The notes beneath the pieces are model-generated. The model did not search any database. It was not told the DNA's origin and saw only the letters and a list, made by a program, of their open reading frames with translations. From the NCBI GenBank assembly GCA_005222975.1, contig NJBI01000009.1, forward strand, positions 1 through 64,000: a DNA stretch of 64,000 bases, given 5' to 3'. A program made the translations under genes and the position numbers. This stretch comes from Promethearchaeota archaeon Loki_b31. Lineage in GTDB: Archaea; Asgardarchaeota; Lokiarchaeia; Sigyniarchaeales; SOKP01. Positions within the stretch are counted from its first letter, which is position 1; every line of letters starts with the position of its first letter. Positions 47,530-58,206 of this stretch are shown here, piece by piece.

Positions 47530-47994
47530 TTATCGCATAAAACTCCTATCTTTATGTTTTAATTCAAAATAATTCTTGTCTCTTTGAATGTCTTCGTGTA
47601 TTTCTGCTAAACTCTCGTTTTGCAATAATTTCTTAAAAAAAGACAATATAGACTCATGTGCTTCTTTGACATAAGTATTTGTTTGAGAGAATTCAAAAGA
47701 AATCTCTTTTAGTAGATCAAAATCTAATTTAATATCAACTTCCCTTGTCCTTTCAATTTTGATCCTTAATCGTTTGTCGTGATAATTAGTCCATATTGCT
47801 TCATAGAAAAAATAATTAATAAATTGAACTGTTTCTGTGACCATTCCAATAGAAAAAGCAGCAATCATATCCCCTGTAATTGTAAAAATAACTAGCATTC
47901 CAAGAAAGATTGTTATTATCCTATATAATACGCTTTTAAAGAAACTTTCCTTGAGAATTTCCTTATTTTTTATTAACTTTTGTATTAATTTCAT
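47530..47994 (-). CDS. DUF2061-like membrane protein
   Basis: SFFKSVLYRII...YFFYEAIW. Confidence 0.7.
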   Translation of the reverse strand: MKLIQKLIKNKEILKESFFKSVLYRIITIFLGMLVIFTITGDMIAAFSIGMVTETVQFINYFFYEAIWTNYHDKRLRIKIERTREVDIKLDFDLLKEISFEFSQTNTYVKEAHESILSFFKKLLQNESLAEIHEDIQRDKNYFELKHKDRSFMR

Positions 47995-48266
47995 TTGATA
48001 ATGGAGAAATAAACTAAATATTTATTTGTTTACTGGATTTAAATAAGAAATATCATGAAACTTGAATTATTAACTTGAAAAGATTTGTTGAGAATGTAAT
48101 AAATTTACACTGCTGGAATTTTTCGCCATCTACATAAATATAATCTAAAAGCGAGCAAAAACTATGCTATAATATAATAATATAAAAAATAGAATAAAAA
48201 AAAAAGGGGCAGCGTCATATTTGTAGGTTTTAAATTTATTAATTGATTTGAAAGAGATTACCTATG

Positions 48267-48989
48267 TTATTTGGTGTTTAATTCTTTTTGAGCTAAAGAT
48301 GAATCTGTTAATGAATTTTCTAATTTATTCAAAATATAATTTCGAAAATCTTTTCTAGAAAAGTCTGCTTGACCAAACTGGATTATTTCACTTGCAAGAT
48401 TACCATTAAAGTCTTCACTTTGCTCGATTATTCTCATATGTCTATCTACAATAGCAGCACCCAAAATTAGACTATAAGTATAGAAAGAAAGTATTCCTGC
48501 ATTAGACTCTTTAATTTTTCCATCATTAATTCCATTCTGTATAACTTTTGCTGTACCCTTTAAAAAATTGAATTTTCGATATTCCTTTTCAAAAGGACCC
48601 ATTTTATCAGAAGAAGGAGCCTCAATAAGATGCATCATACTAAAAGCTCCAAAATCTTTATCAGCAAACTGTAAAAAGTTTTCAAAAATCTTCATTAAAA
48701 GATTGATTATTGATGTATTATGATTTTTAATAATTTCAATATTTTCATCTCTATATTGCTTAAAAAATTTATTTCGAATAGCAATCCACAATTCTCTCTT
48801 ACTTTCTACATAATTATATAAATTATTTTGGTTCATATCAAGGCTTTTTGCTAAGCCTCGTAGACTAAAACCGTCTCTTCCTTTTTCCAAAAATAAGTCC
48901 TTTCCTGTTTTCAAAATTCGTTCAAATTGAGCTGCTTTTTTCTTAGGTGAACGACTTCGAGTCTTTTTTTTTTTTTCCATTACACTCAT
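48267..48989 (-). CDS. TetR/AcrR-family regulator
   Basis: LFLEKG..GFSLRGLAKSL...LYNYVESK.EL. Confidence 0.9.
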   Translation of the reverse strand: MSVMEKKKKTRSRSPKKKAAQFERILKTGKDLFLEKGRDGFSLRGLAKSLDMNQNNLYNYVESKRELWIAIRNKFFKQYRDENIEIIKNHNTSIINLLMKIFENFLQFADKDFGAFSMMHLIEAPSSDKMGPFEKEYRKFNFLKGTAKVIQNGINDGKIKESNAGILSFYTYSLILGAAIVDRHMRIIEQSEDFNGNLASEIIQFGQADFSRKDFRNYILNKLENSLTDSSLAQKELNTK

Positions 48990-49160
48990 CTTAAACTTCC
49001 ATAAATTTCATTTAGAAAGATTCAATTAACAAAATAATCGAACATAAGTTAAATTACATTTTTAATTAATTCATAACAAATTATTAAAAGATTTACACAT
49101 TGAAAAGAATATTTTCAGTATCTTCCAAGTTATGTTTATAGATTTATTAAATTAGATTAC

Positions 49161-49640
49161 TTTTTTTAATAACTCAGATTAAATCAAATATTGCTTCTAC
49201 TTTGATTTTGATGGCCTTATGCAAATTAATTTTAATTTATTTAATAAATTTCTATAACCATTAAAGATCACACTTAATAATCATATTAAGTATACACATT
49301 ATATTAATCCAGATGAATTGATTAAACTTAAATATGATGTAGATGATTCAACTAGATATCTATTAAATTAAATAAAACCTGTATCGAATAGATAGATTTC
49401 TTTTTTTAATAACCCCAATTAAGCCAAATATTGCTTCTACTTTGATTTTAAGAAACCTACGCGAATCAAATTTAATATTTTTAATAAATTTCTTTGTCAA
49501 TTAAAGATTATGCTTAATGATCATATTTAATATACACCTTATATTAATCCAGACGAATTGGTTAAACTTATATAAGATGCAGATTATTCAACTAAATATC
49601 TATTAAGTCAAATAAATATTGTATCTAATAGATGAATATT
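49161..49640. repeat. Diverged non-coding tandem duplication, 240-bp period, 2 copies
   Basis: CAAATATTGCTTCTACTTTGATTTT and TATATTAATCCAGA recur exactly 240 bp apart. Confidence 0.85.
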
Positions 49641-49684
49641 TATTAAAAAATAAAGAAAAATTTAATAAAAAAAGGTTGGAAAAA

Positions 49685-50710
49685 ATGGTTATAAAGACGA
49701 ATGTAGCTGAAATGTTAGGTATTAAACATCCAATAGTTGCAGCACCCATGGGACCCTTCTACACGACAAAACTAACAATTGCGGTCTCAGAAGCAGGGGG
49801 TTTAGGTGTTTTAAGCCATGTAACATTAAGTGAAGGAATTACTTTAAATCAGATTCAAGAAAGCATGAAAACAGTAGTTGAGTATACTGATAAGCCTTTT
49901 GGGTTGAATATTAGAACAGCCTCACTGCAACCTGATGCGATAAAATTATGTAGGCGAATTCCAAGATTTATAATGGACAATCCTAAAATCAAAGACCAAT
50001 GTACCTATTTAATTACGAGCGCAGGCTCTCCAAAAATGTTATATAACAAGCATTTTATGGCTCTAAAAGAAACATCAAATATCAAACATTTTCATGTAAT
50101 ACCTTCTTTAAAGCTAGCTAAAAAAGTGATAAAAAATGGTGTTGATGGAATAGTCGCAACCGGGCATGAAGGTGGAGGGCATCAATCTTATGAAAATACA
50201 AGCACTTTAATTCTCTTACAACAAATTAGACAAGAATTCCCAAATATCCCTATGATTGCTTGTGGAGGCTATGCTACTGGAGAGGGATTAGCTTCCGCTT
50301 TAGCTATGGGTGCAGGGGCAATTGCTATGGGAACCAGACTTATTGCATCAAAGGAATGTGAATTTCATGAAAATTACAAAAATGAGGTCAAAAATTCAAC
50401 TATATCTGATACTAAATTAGTTACAGGTGTTTTTGGGCCTGCCCGAGTATTTAAGAATAGTTATGCAGAAAATGCCACTGCTGTTTTAAATAAAGCAGAA
50501 AAAAGAGCTGAAGAAACTTCTATGTCAGTAATAAGAGACGGCGTAATAAAATTAGAGAAAGCATATAATGGAGATGTTGATAATGGTATTATTCTCTTAG
50601 GACAGAGTTGTGGACTAGTAGAGGAAATTGAGAGCGTCTCAGATATTATTAATTCAATTGTAAGTAGTGCTGAGAAATGTCTAAAGAGTGCATATTGCAT
50701 GATAAATTGA
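49685..50710 (+). CDS. Nitronate monooxygenase / FabK-like flavoenzyme
   Basis: LGIKHPIVAAPM, VSEAGGLGVL, GHEGGGH, MGTR, GQSCG; ATG at 49685. Confidence 0.9.
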   Translation: MVIKTNVAEMLGIKHPIVAAPMGPFYTTKLTIAVSEAGGLGVLSHVTLSEGITLNQIQESMKTVVEYTDKPFGLNIRTASLQPDAIKLCRRIPRFIMDNPKIKDQCTYLITSAGSPKMLYNKHFMALKETSNIKHFHVIPSLKLAKKVIKNGVDGIVATGHEGGGHQSYENTSTLILLQQIRQEFPNIPMIACGGYATGEGLASALAMGAGAIAMGTRLIASKECEFHENYKNEVKNSTISDTKLVTGVFGPARVFKNSYAENATAVLNKAEKRAEETSMSVIRDGVIKLEKAYNGDVDNGIILLGQSCGLVEEIESVSDIINSIVSSAEKCLKSAYCMIN

Positions 50711-51021
50711 GGCAATAATCAAAAATAACGGTGGATTTAAAAAAATGTTTGATTCCGTAATTCTATCAATTTTTCAAAAAACTAATATCGCAGAAATAAG
50801 TAGCTTGAAATTATACGATTATGAAAATTCTCATACTAATTATTTTAGTAATAGTATTAATTCAAACTTTTATCAACGATATTTTAAATGGTTTGACCAT
50901 ACTAAATTTGAAAAAACCAATAATTCTTTCTTAAAGGATTATAAAAAATGGTTTTGTGAATTTTTTTTTTAATTTGATTTTTTAATTGAAGAACACCTTA
51001 ATATAAAAATTGCTATAAAAT

Positions 51022-51936
51022 ATGTTGAAAGTTAAATCTATGTTAAGTAAAAAAGATTATAAATTAGGAATTTTTTATGGTAAAGATCCTGAAACTGAAG
51101 AATTAGCAACTAAATTCATTGGGCATTTAATAAATGACTTAAAATTTTGCTATGCTTGTCAAATATCAAAAAATAAAATAGATTGCATTCAATGTCGTAA
51201 ACATCTAAAAAGTCATGCTAGTAAAATTTATTTCTATATAAAAGTTAGAGGGGCTTTTAATAGCGCTGAAGAAGATAAAATCAATCTTTTACCAAAAGAA
51301 ATTCCTCCTATTGACTTTTTATTAGTGATTGGCATCCATAAAAATTTACTTGTCAAATTACCTGAATATTTGAAAGATAAAGGAGTGAAAGCCGTAATTG
51401 TTCCCATTGAAAATCCTAAGTGGGTTTCTCCAGAACTTCAAGTTAAGGTTTTATTTGAGTTTGAACGATATAATATTCAAGCAGCATTTCCAAAACCTTT
51501 CTGTTCACTAAGTAAAGAAGAAGACCAATATAATAAAGTAGGATTTCATATAACAAAACAACGGAATTATATTGATGAGTTCATAGATTATTTTCAGATA
51601 GGTGTACCAATTATATCTATTTTAATGAGTAGTGATGGGAGATCAATAGAGGATGCATGTATATTACAGAGTGCTCCATGTGGATCCACTAACTATATTA
51701 TTCAAAAATTAAAATTGAAATGCTTTAATAAAGAAAATCAAGATGAATTTAGCTTAATTGAGGAAATAAATAAAGCTCATTATTCATATCCTTGTAGAGC
51801 ATCAATGTATCACGATCATATTCTAGAAGATTCGATTTTTCAAAAAAGTGGTTATATCGTCAGAAACTCTATTCGTTGCGAATTATATCAAGCTCGTTAT
51901 AAAAGAAAATTATATGTGAAATTAGAAGAAAGTTAA
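51022..51936 (+). CDS. DUF166-family protein
   Basis: FPKPFCSL, SAPCGST, YPCRAS. Confidence 0.7.
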   Translation: MLKVKSMLSKKDYKLGIFYGKDPETEELATKFIGHLINDLKFCYACQISKNKIDCIQCRKHLKSHASKIYFYIKVRGAFNSAEEDKINLLPKEIPPIDFLLVIGIHKNLLVKLPEYLKDKGVKAVIVPIENPKWVSPELQVKVLFEFERYNIQAAFPKPFCSLSKEEDQYNKVGFHITKQRNYIDEFIDYFQIGVPIISILMSSDGRSIEDACILQSAPCGSTNYIIQKLKLKCFNKENQDEFSLIEEINKAHYSYPCRASMYHDHILEDSIFQKSGYIVRNSIRCELYQARYKRKLYVKLEES

Positions 51937-51993
51937 AATAAAATTAGAAAGAAAGTTGAATAATTTTTAAATTATTATTGCGTTTATGTTCAT

Positions 51994-52102
51994 AGTTGTA
52001 GCAGAGTTAGTAAAAAAATGGGATATAATAAGACGACTTAAAAATCTAAGTGAAACTAAGAAGTAATAATATTTTTAAAATTCAATAAAATAAAAAATAA
52101 AA
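51994..52102 (+). repeat. Direct repeat, copy 2 (orphan gene-end remnant VVAELVKKWDIIRRLKNLSETKK*)
   Basis: Matches 47392-47500 at an offset of 4602 bp. Confidence 0.85.
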
Positions 52103-52121
52103 ATAAAGTAGAATAAGTTTC

Positions 52122-53531
52122 TTATTTCTTCTTGCGTTTAGGTTCAATTTTTTTAATGATAATTGCCTCGGCGTGGATCTTGCAGTTCTTTAAGATAACC
52201 CTGAATCCGCCTGTGCCACCTACTCCAGGAATAGTCATCCCAACAGTTCCCATTGGAACCATCGCGCCTTCTGCTTCCCATTCTTCTTCCTCTTCCTCCT
52301 CTTCCGCTAACGCCTCTGCCCATGTTTCGACTATGGGATGGTTAACATCCTGTAACCATTGTTTTAATGCGTTAATATCAATAACTTCTTCTTCAGTTGC
52401 GATTTTAGGTAAAAGGTCTTTCGGAAGGAACTCGCCAACGCGATCTTTTACTCCCTTGTTCATCCACACGATAGTCTCAATTCCACCATCGTATTGCTGG
52501 TATTTCGGTGATACGATGTATTGGATGCTGATGCCATTAAAACCGGGCATCTGCTTGCCTCCACCAGTTTGATTTGCCATCGCGGTGAACGGAAGCCCGT
52601 TAATTGCTACGTCGCCGTAGTTTCGATCTACAATTCCGTGTCCGTTTACTTCAGGGATGTAAAAATCGATAGCTTCGAAACAACCGCACGATGTATGTGG
52701 GAATTCCATGCCCGAAAATAGATAAATTCTATCAATTTCTCCTAACGAACGTTTCTTGATCATCTCATTTATACCGGTATATTCGCCAGCAAGTTCGTTT
52801 AAGCAATCGCCTGGGGGAATTTCGAATAAAGGTCCCTTAGGATCGACTTTCGCAGCTGCCCTTGCATCGAACCAATTAATTGAACCGCATAAACTTGTTC
52901 GATCAGGTGTAATGCAACATGCGTGAGTCGGGGCGAAGGATTGGCATAATACACATCCATAGAACATATCCACATCATCATCGTGGATTGTTCTGGCTCT
53001 CTCGTCTCTTTTATCGTAAATTCCTATTGCCATCTCATAAGGTTTTTCAACTTCTTTTTCATTTGTATAAAAAGTGACTTGAGCTTGTTCGATGATCGGT
53101 AGTTCAGCTTTGTAAAGTCTAATAAGAACTGTTCCTAGTAGTTGAAACGAATTGAAGCCCTTTTCCACTGCTGTCTTAGAGATTCTTAGCCAGTTTGTAT
53201 ATCTCTGGTTAAGGTGCATAATTCCGTTGACGAAATTGCAGAATTCGTGGATCCTTCTTTCAAAAACGGCTTCTAAGTCCACTTCTAATTCTGGTCCGGC
53301 GACCTCTACTAATATTCCGATTGGATGGGTTGATCCTTCTTCCATGTCTTTTAAATCGGGTCCGTGGATTGTTATTTGACCATCTTTAATATCTTTTGCT
53401 GATTTGACTCTGCAAAGTTCAAAGTGTTTTTCCATTTTGGGGCCGCCTAATTCTACATACATTTGTTTTGCCCTAATACGTTCACCCTCGTATACAGGTC
53501 CAATTGGAACAGGAATATCTTCAAAACTCAT
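52122..53531 (-). CDS. cdhC: Acetyl-CoA decarbonylase/synthase beta subunit
   Basis: YEGERIR, CVLCQSFAPTH, LCGSINW, HTSCGCFE, archaeal-type C-terminal tail. Confidence 0.95.
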   Translation of the reverse strand: MSFEDIPVPIGPVYEGERIRAKQMYVELGGPKMEKHFELCRVKSAKDIKDGQITIHGPDLKDMEEGSTHPIGILVEVAGPELEVDLEAVFERRIHEFCNFVNGIMHLNQRYTNWLRISKTAVEKGFNSFQLLGTVLIRLYKAELPIIEQAQVTFYTNEKEVEKPYEMAIGIYDKRDERARTIHDDDVDMFYGCVLCQSFAPTHACCITPDRTSLCGSINWFDARAAAKVDPKGPLFEIPPGDCLNELAGEYTGINEMIKKRSLGEIDRIYLFSGMEFPHTSCGCFEAIDFYIPEVNGHGIVDRNYGDVAINGLPFTAMANQTGGGKQMPGFNGISIQYIVSPKYQQYDGGIETIVWMNKGVKDRVGEFLPKDLLPKIATEEEVIDINALKQWLQDVNHPIVETWAEALAEEEEEEEEWEAEGAMVPMGTVGMTIPGVGGTGGFRVILKNCKIHAEAIIIKKIEPKRKKK

Positions 53532-53572
53532 ATTGTATAATTCTCCTCTTAGTATTTTTCCTTTTTTAATTT

Positions 53573-54103
53573 TTATAAATTTTCAATTAATTTTTCTAAA
53601 AATTCTTTCCAATCGTTGTCGCTAAAATTCGGAAGACTAAATCGAGCGTTAGGATGTGAATATTTATCCAGTTCAACGGTTCGCAGGTGATTTTGAAAGT
53701 TCTTCAATCGACTTAAAGTCTGACTTACATAATAGACAACATGTCCACCAAAAATAGCCATTCTATATTGTCCTTCGCCATCTAAGCCTTTCCAATCTTT
53801 ATCTACTAGTCTACCGGTAATATTAATCAACGACATATCCCATAATTTATCGTCTGGTATTTTACCTTTTACATACTTATATGTATGACCCGTAGTAAGG
53901 ACGTGACAATCTAGTTTCTTTGCTATTTCAATAAAATAGTCAGCAACATTTTTTCCATCAAGTTCCCAAGTTAAAGACTCTGAGCCTATGACAAAAAGCT
54001 TCTTTTTATCGTCCTTCAAGAAGTTTGCCATGACTTTTGGATCAAAAACGGTCGTACCTTGTTCAGGTCCTGGGATATTCGCTTTTTGATATGGTCTTGT
54101 CAT
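53573..54103 (-). CDS. cdhB: CO dehydrogenase/ACDS epsilon subunit
   Basis: PYQKANIPGP, WKGLDGEGQY, YYVSQTLS.LKNF, HPNARFS; ATG at 54103. Confidence 0.9.
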   Translation of the reverse strand: MTRPYQKANIPGPEQGTTVFDPKVMANFLKDDKKKLFVIGSESLTWELDGKNVADYFIEIAKKLDCHVLTTGHTYKYVKGKIPDDKLWDMSLINITGRLVDKDWKGLDGEGQYRMAIFGGHVVYYVSQTLSRLKNFQNHLRTVELDKYSHPNARFSLPNFSDNDWKEFLEKLIENL

Positions 54104-54256
54104 ATTTACATCAATTTCCTCTGTTAAAGATTTTAGCTGTAAGTTTAAAATAATTACTATATTTTTATTTATTAAGCGTATTTTAAAAAAGTTGGTTTTA
54201 TTTAAATTGACCAAACTTATATGTATAAACATTAGAATTAAAGTGAAATATTAGAT

Positions 54257-54556
54257 ATGTGCGAGTTTAAGATAATAAAGAAAAACGATGGCTCCCAAAT
54301 ATTAGAAGATATTGTAATTCTATCTTATACCGAAGATAGTGAATTATTATTCAAGGATGTGATCGGAATGGGGGAGATATTAGAATCAGCCCTCATTTTA
54401 GATGTTAACACGTTAAATCAAACTTGTGTTGTACTGGAACATCCTCTGATTAGGGGTTTTATTGACATAATTCAAAAAGTTAATAATAAAACAATTTCCA
54501 AATCCGAAGTTGAAAGTTTCGAAAAACAATTAGACGATCTCAAAAAGAACCTTTAA
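54257..54556 (+). CDS. CooT-like nickel-binding protein
   Basis: MCE start, LEDI, DVIG; adjacent to cdh genes. Confidence 0.7.
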   Translation: MCEFKIIKKNDGSQILEDIVILSYTEDSELLFKDVIGMGEILESALILDVNTLNQTCVVLEHPLIRGFIDIIQKVNNKTISKSEVESFEKQLDDLKKNL

Positions 54557-54609
54557 TTAGTACTGACATTCCCACACGCGTTAATTTTTTAATTAGTGAA
54601 TCTTCTTAT

Positions 54610-55482
54610 ATGATTATGGAAGCAAGATTTTATGAAGAAGTAGATGATTTTTATGATATCGCATATCCTTTTTTATTAGCGCGAGAGGCTGAAAACAACC
54701 TCCTTTTATCTCTTCTTAACTCTCTCAAAGAAAATATTCACCGTTATGGAAAAGAGGTGCCACTTTTATTTTCATTAACGGACCATGATGATGTAAAATT
54801 AATTGCTTTAAGAACCCCCCCGCGTGATATAATTATTTCCTATGTAGATGATTTAAATTTTATCGAAGTATTAGTGGAAGAACTTTTAAAACGAAACGAG
54901 AAATTACCTGGCGTATTGAGTTTTAAAGAGGCGGCAGACAAATTTGCTGAGTTATGGTGTGAAGAAAATTCATTAAAACCTAATTTATTTAGGAAAGAAA
55001 GGATTTATAAATTAGAAGAAGTCTCAAAAGATACAATTGGTACTAAGAAGTTTTCTGTTGCATCAAAAACTCATCAAACAATAGTACTTAAATGGGCAGA
55101 GGATATGATAAAAGAAGCATTAGCGGATACAACAGAAGAAGATATTGAACGGATGACTACTAATTTGAAAAATGAATTTGAAGAGAATAAAAGTAAAATG
55201 TTTCTTTTATTTGATAATAACGAACCCGTTTCAATGGTGAGAAAGGCTGGTAGAACTCCAAATGGTAATTTTGTTAACTTAGTTTACACCCCACCGTCCT
55301 TAAGAAGAAACGGATACGCAACTGAGTGCGTTGCAAAATTGAGCAAACAGCTTTTAGAAGAAGGAAATAAGTACTGTTTCTTGTTTACGGATTTAAGTAA
55401 TCCAACTTCAAATAGTATTTATAAAAAAATAGGTTATAGACCTGTTATTGACGAAAATCACTATAAATTTTTAACAAAATAG
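54610..55482 (+). CDS. GNAT acetyltransferase
   Basis: VYTPPSLRRNGYA, LFTDLSNPTSNSIYKKIGY. Confidence 0.9.
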   Translation: MIMEARFYEEVDDFYDIAYPFLLAREAENNLLLSLLNSLKENIHRYGKEVPLLFSLTDHDDVKLIALRTPPRDIIISYVDDLNFIEVLVEELLKRNEKLPGVLSFKEAADKFAELWCEENSLKPNLFRKERIYKLEEVSKDTIGTKKFSVASKTHQTIVLKWAEDMIKEALADTTEEDIERMTTNLKNEFEENKSKMFLLFDNNEPVSMVRKAGRTPNGNFVNLVYTPPSLRRNGYATECVAKLSKQLLEEGNKYCFLFTDLSNPTSNSIYKKIGYRPVIDENHYKFLTK

Positions 55483-55502
55483 TATTTTGTTAAGGGGATA
55501 TT

Positions 55503-57191
55503 TTATGGGGCGTCCCAGCCTCCATTTACTCTAGCATTATCGATATCTGCTTGAATACGCTCTCTTAAAGTCACATAATCTGTTTTTGCTACACGATTTA
55601 AAGGAAATTCGTCTAGAAAAACAACCAGTGAAGGTCTTTTAAACGCAGCCATTCCTTTGCAATGTTCCATAACATTTTTTTCTGTTAACTTTTCTCCTTC
55701 CTTCAATTTGATGTATGCAACGATACCTTCTGAAAAAACTTCATGTTTTGCTCCTACAACGCCAACAAACTCAACTTGTGGTAATTCTCCGATAAAAACC
55801 TCTACTTCAGGTGGGAAAACTTGATATCCTTTTGGTTTAATAAGAAATTTCCTCCGACCTGCTAGATGGAGCCAATTATTATTACCTTTAAACCCCATAT
55901 CTCCTGTGTATAATATTCCATCGACAGAAATGGTATTTCGAGTAGCTTCTTCATTGTTAAAATATCCCACAAATAATTGTGGTCCAGAATAACAAATCTC
56001 TCCAATTTCACCATTAGCCAATTCTTCTCCTGCTGTTCTATCTTCTTTCATTTGACTTCGAATTGTAAGAGGTGTTATGGGATAATCGTGTCCTAAGCTT
56101 TCTAAAATATCGTCAACTGTACCATCTAAAGGAGTATAACTGCAAAAACCAGAGACTTCGGTTAAACCTAAACCAGATCCAAATTTAGGTGCCATACTCG
56201 AGAGTTTCTCTAGAAATGGACGGTCAACTGACTGTCCTCCATAAATAGCATATTTTAACGAACTTAGATCGTAGTTATTATAATTTGGTAATCGCCATTC
56301 CATAACGAACAATGCAGGTATTTGACCAAAAATCGTGACTTTATATTTTTGAATGGCGTCCAGAGTATTTGTGGGATTAAAGATATGTAAAACAACACAT
56401 GTACCTCCTTTAAACAAAGTCGTCATAAGTTGCTCGGTAGTTCCGCCTACATGAGAGGGTGGAAGGTTAACAAGCATGAGATCATCATCTTCTACATGAA
56501 TCCCTTTGGCTAAGCACAAATTTTGGCAAGTAATACCTATATTTGTTATCATTGCTGGTTTTGGAAATCCCGTGCTTCCAGTTGTAAAAATTATTAAAAT
56601 AGGATCTTTTTCGTCAACTTTAGAACATTCTTCCAAAAAATCCTTCATAGTATCTGGATTTTTAATGGCTTCTAAATATTCATTTTTTGCTTCCTCCGCA
56701 ATTTGAAAAGCAGGAATAATTCCATTCCGATACTTATCTTCTGGGGTGCTAAACTGCACGACATATTTCAACCATGTAACTTCTTTTTTAATAGCTGCTC
56801 CAATCATTCCAAAATTTGCCGCTGATGTTTTTCCTAAATGGCAATACATTTTTGCTTTCTCTTTTAACAATTCCAAACTTCTCATGATTTCTGCTGGCTT
56901 TAAGCGTAGGTCTAAAGGAGTCCACATTACCCCAAGCTTAGCGCAAGCGTAACCTAATACAATATGTTCATAGAGAAAAGGTAAAGATGTTACGAGTATA
57001 TTTCCTTTTCTAAATCCCATATTGTATAGTTTTAACGCCATAGCCATGATATTACCATTAAATTCTTTGTAAGTAACTTGTTTTTCAGTATTATATATAA
57101 TTAAAGCTATTTTATCTGGAGTTTCTTTCGCCCATTTTTCGATAACTCCGCAAATAGTGTGAGGATATTTATCAAATTCTTCCCAAGACAT
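55503..57191 (-). CDS. Acyl-CoA synthetase (AMP-forming)
   Basis: FTTGSTGFPK, GLTE, GEI, YTGD. Confidence 0.9.
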   Translation of the reverse strand: MSWEEFDKYPHTICGVIEKWAKETPDKIALIIYNTEKQVTYKEFNGNIMAMALKLYNMGFRKGNILVTSLPFLYEHIVLGYACAKLGVMWTPLDLRLKPAEIMRSLELLKEKAKMYCHLGKTSAANFGMIGAAIKKEVTWLKYVVQFSTPEDKYRNGIIPAFQIAEEAKNEYLEAIKNPDTMKDFLEECSKVDEKDPILIIFTTGSTGFPKPAMITNIGITCQNLCLAKGIHVEDDDLMLVNLPPSHVGGTTEQLMTTLFKGGTCVVLHIFNPTNTLDAIQKYKVTIFGQIPALFVMEWRLPNYNNYDLSSLKYAIYGGQSVDRPFLEKLSSMAPKFGSGLGLTEVSGFCSYTPLDGTVDDILESLGHDYPITPLTIRSQMKEDRTAGEELANGEIGEICYSGPQLFVGYFNNEEATRNTISVDGILYTGDMGFKGNNNWLHLAGRRKFLIKPKGYQVFPPEVEVFIGELPQVEFVGVVGAKHEVFSEGIVAYIKLKEGEKLTEKNVMEHCKGMAAFKRPSLVVFLDEFPLNRVAKTDYVTLRERIQADIDNARVNGGWDAP

Positions 57192-57338
57192 TTTTTATCC
57201 TTTCTCATTTATATTTCAAAATATAATAATATAATTTTAGTTCATTATTGCTATAAAATTATTCTATTATTGCGAATAAAATTTGGCATACAATACAAAA
57301 AGAAAGCTTTTTAGGTTAAATAGGAAGCATTATTTCGC

Positions 57339-58115
57339 CTATTCAAATTTCTTTCGCAAATCTAAGATAAATTTTTTTTTATCTTCGTGTTCATACCATC
57401 CAGAAGCAATTTTTTCTATTTCATATGCATCCTTATAAGATTTATCAAGGAAATGATTGCTGCATAGTTTAATCGCGTTCAATACAGTTTGATTTTTTGA
57501 AAAGAGAAAACTCGCTTTTTTCATAGATTCTTCGATTAATTCCTCTCTACTACCTACAATCTCATCAATTAACCCGATTTCTAAAGCTTTTTCCGCGCTT
57601 ACTTTTTCACCAAACATAAGCATCTTTTTCGTCCATGGAATCCCTATAATTTTTGAAAATAGAACTACACAACCAGTGCCAGGGAAGATTCCAGAGCGTA
57701 TTTCTGGCATTTGAAAAAAACTATCTTTAACGGCGATTCGATAATCGCAACATATTGTGAACACAACACCTTCGCCCATCGTTCTACCATTTATAGCACA
57801 AATAACCGGTTTTCCGTTAAATAACAATTTACAAATATCTGCAGCAGTAACTTCGAGATCTCTAACAGCTGCATTATTGCTACCATCAATAGCATCTAAA
57901 TCCATTCCTGTACTGAACGAATAGCCGCTGTTTGTTAAAATTAAACCTCTAATTTTATCGTTGTTTTGGCAGTATTCAATCGCTTTTTTTAAATATCTTA
58001 ATTGATCAATAGTAAAAGCATTCGACCGATGAACTCTATTGAGTGTAATCGTGCCAAATCTTTTTTTTACAGAAAACTCAATATACTCTCCAAAATCTAA
58101 ATTATTAATAGACAT
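57339..58115 (-). CDS. Enoyl-CoA hydratase/isomerase
   Basis: FSTGMDL, KPVICAING, CDYRIA, MPE. Confidence 0.9.
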   Translation of the reverse strand: MSINNLDFGEYIEFSVKKRFGTITLNRVHRSNAFTIDQLRYLKKAIEYCQNNDKIRGLILTNSGYSFSTGMDLDAIDGSNNAAVRDLEVTAADICKLLFNGKPVICAINGRTMGEGVVFTICCDYRIAVKDSFFQMPEIRSGIFPGTGCVVLFSKIIGIPWTKKMLMFGEKVSAEKALEIGLIDEIVGSREELIEESMKKASFLFSKNQTVLNAIKLCSNHFLDKSYKDAYEIEKIASGWYEHEDKKKFILDLRKKFE

Positions 58116-58206
58116 AAATAAAATTTATTTTCTTTCAATAAAAAGTAATTATTATTAAAAATCCCTTCTAACTAATAATAAGAATAATTTTAAATAGCTG
58201 AAGAAA

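Noticed and set aside
50745-50972. 75-aa ORF
   Set aside because: Very AT-rich, no motif; coding status unsupported
52132-52572. 146-aa antisense ORF and the other short ORFs overlapping long genes
   Set aside because: Shadow frames of well-supported genes
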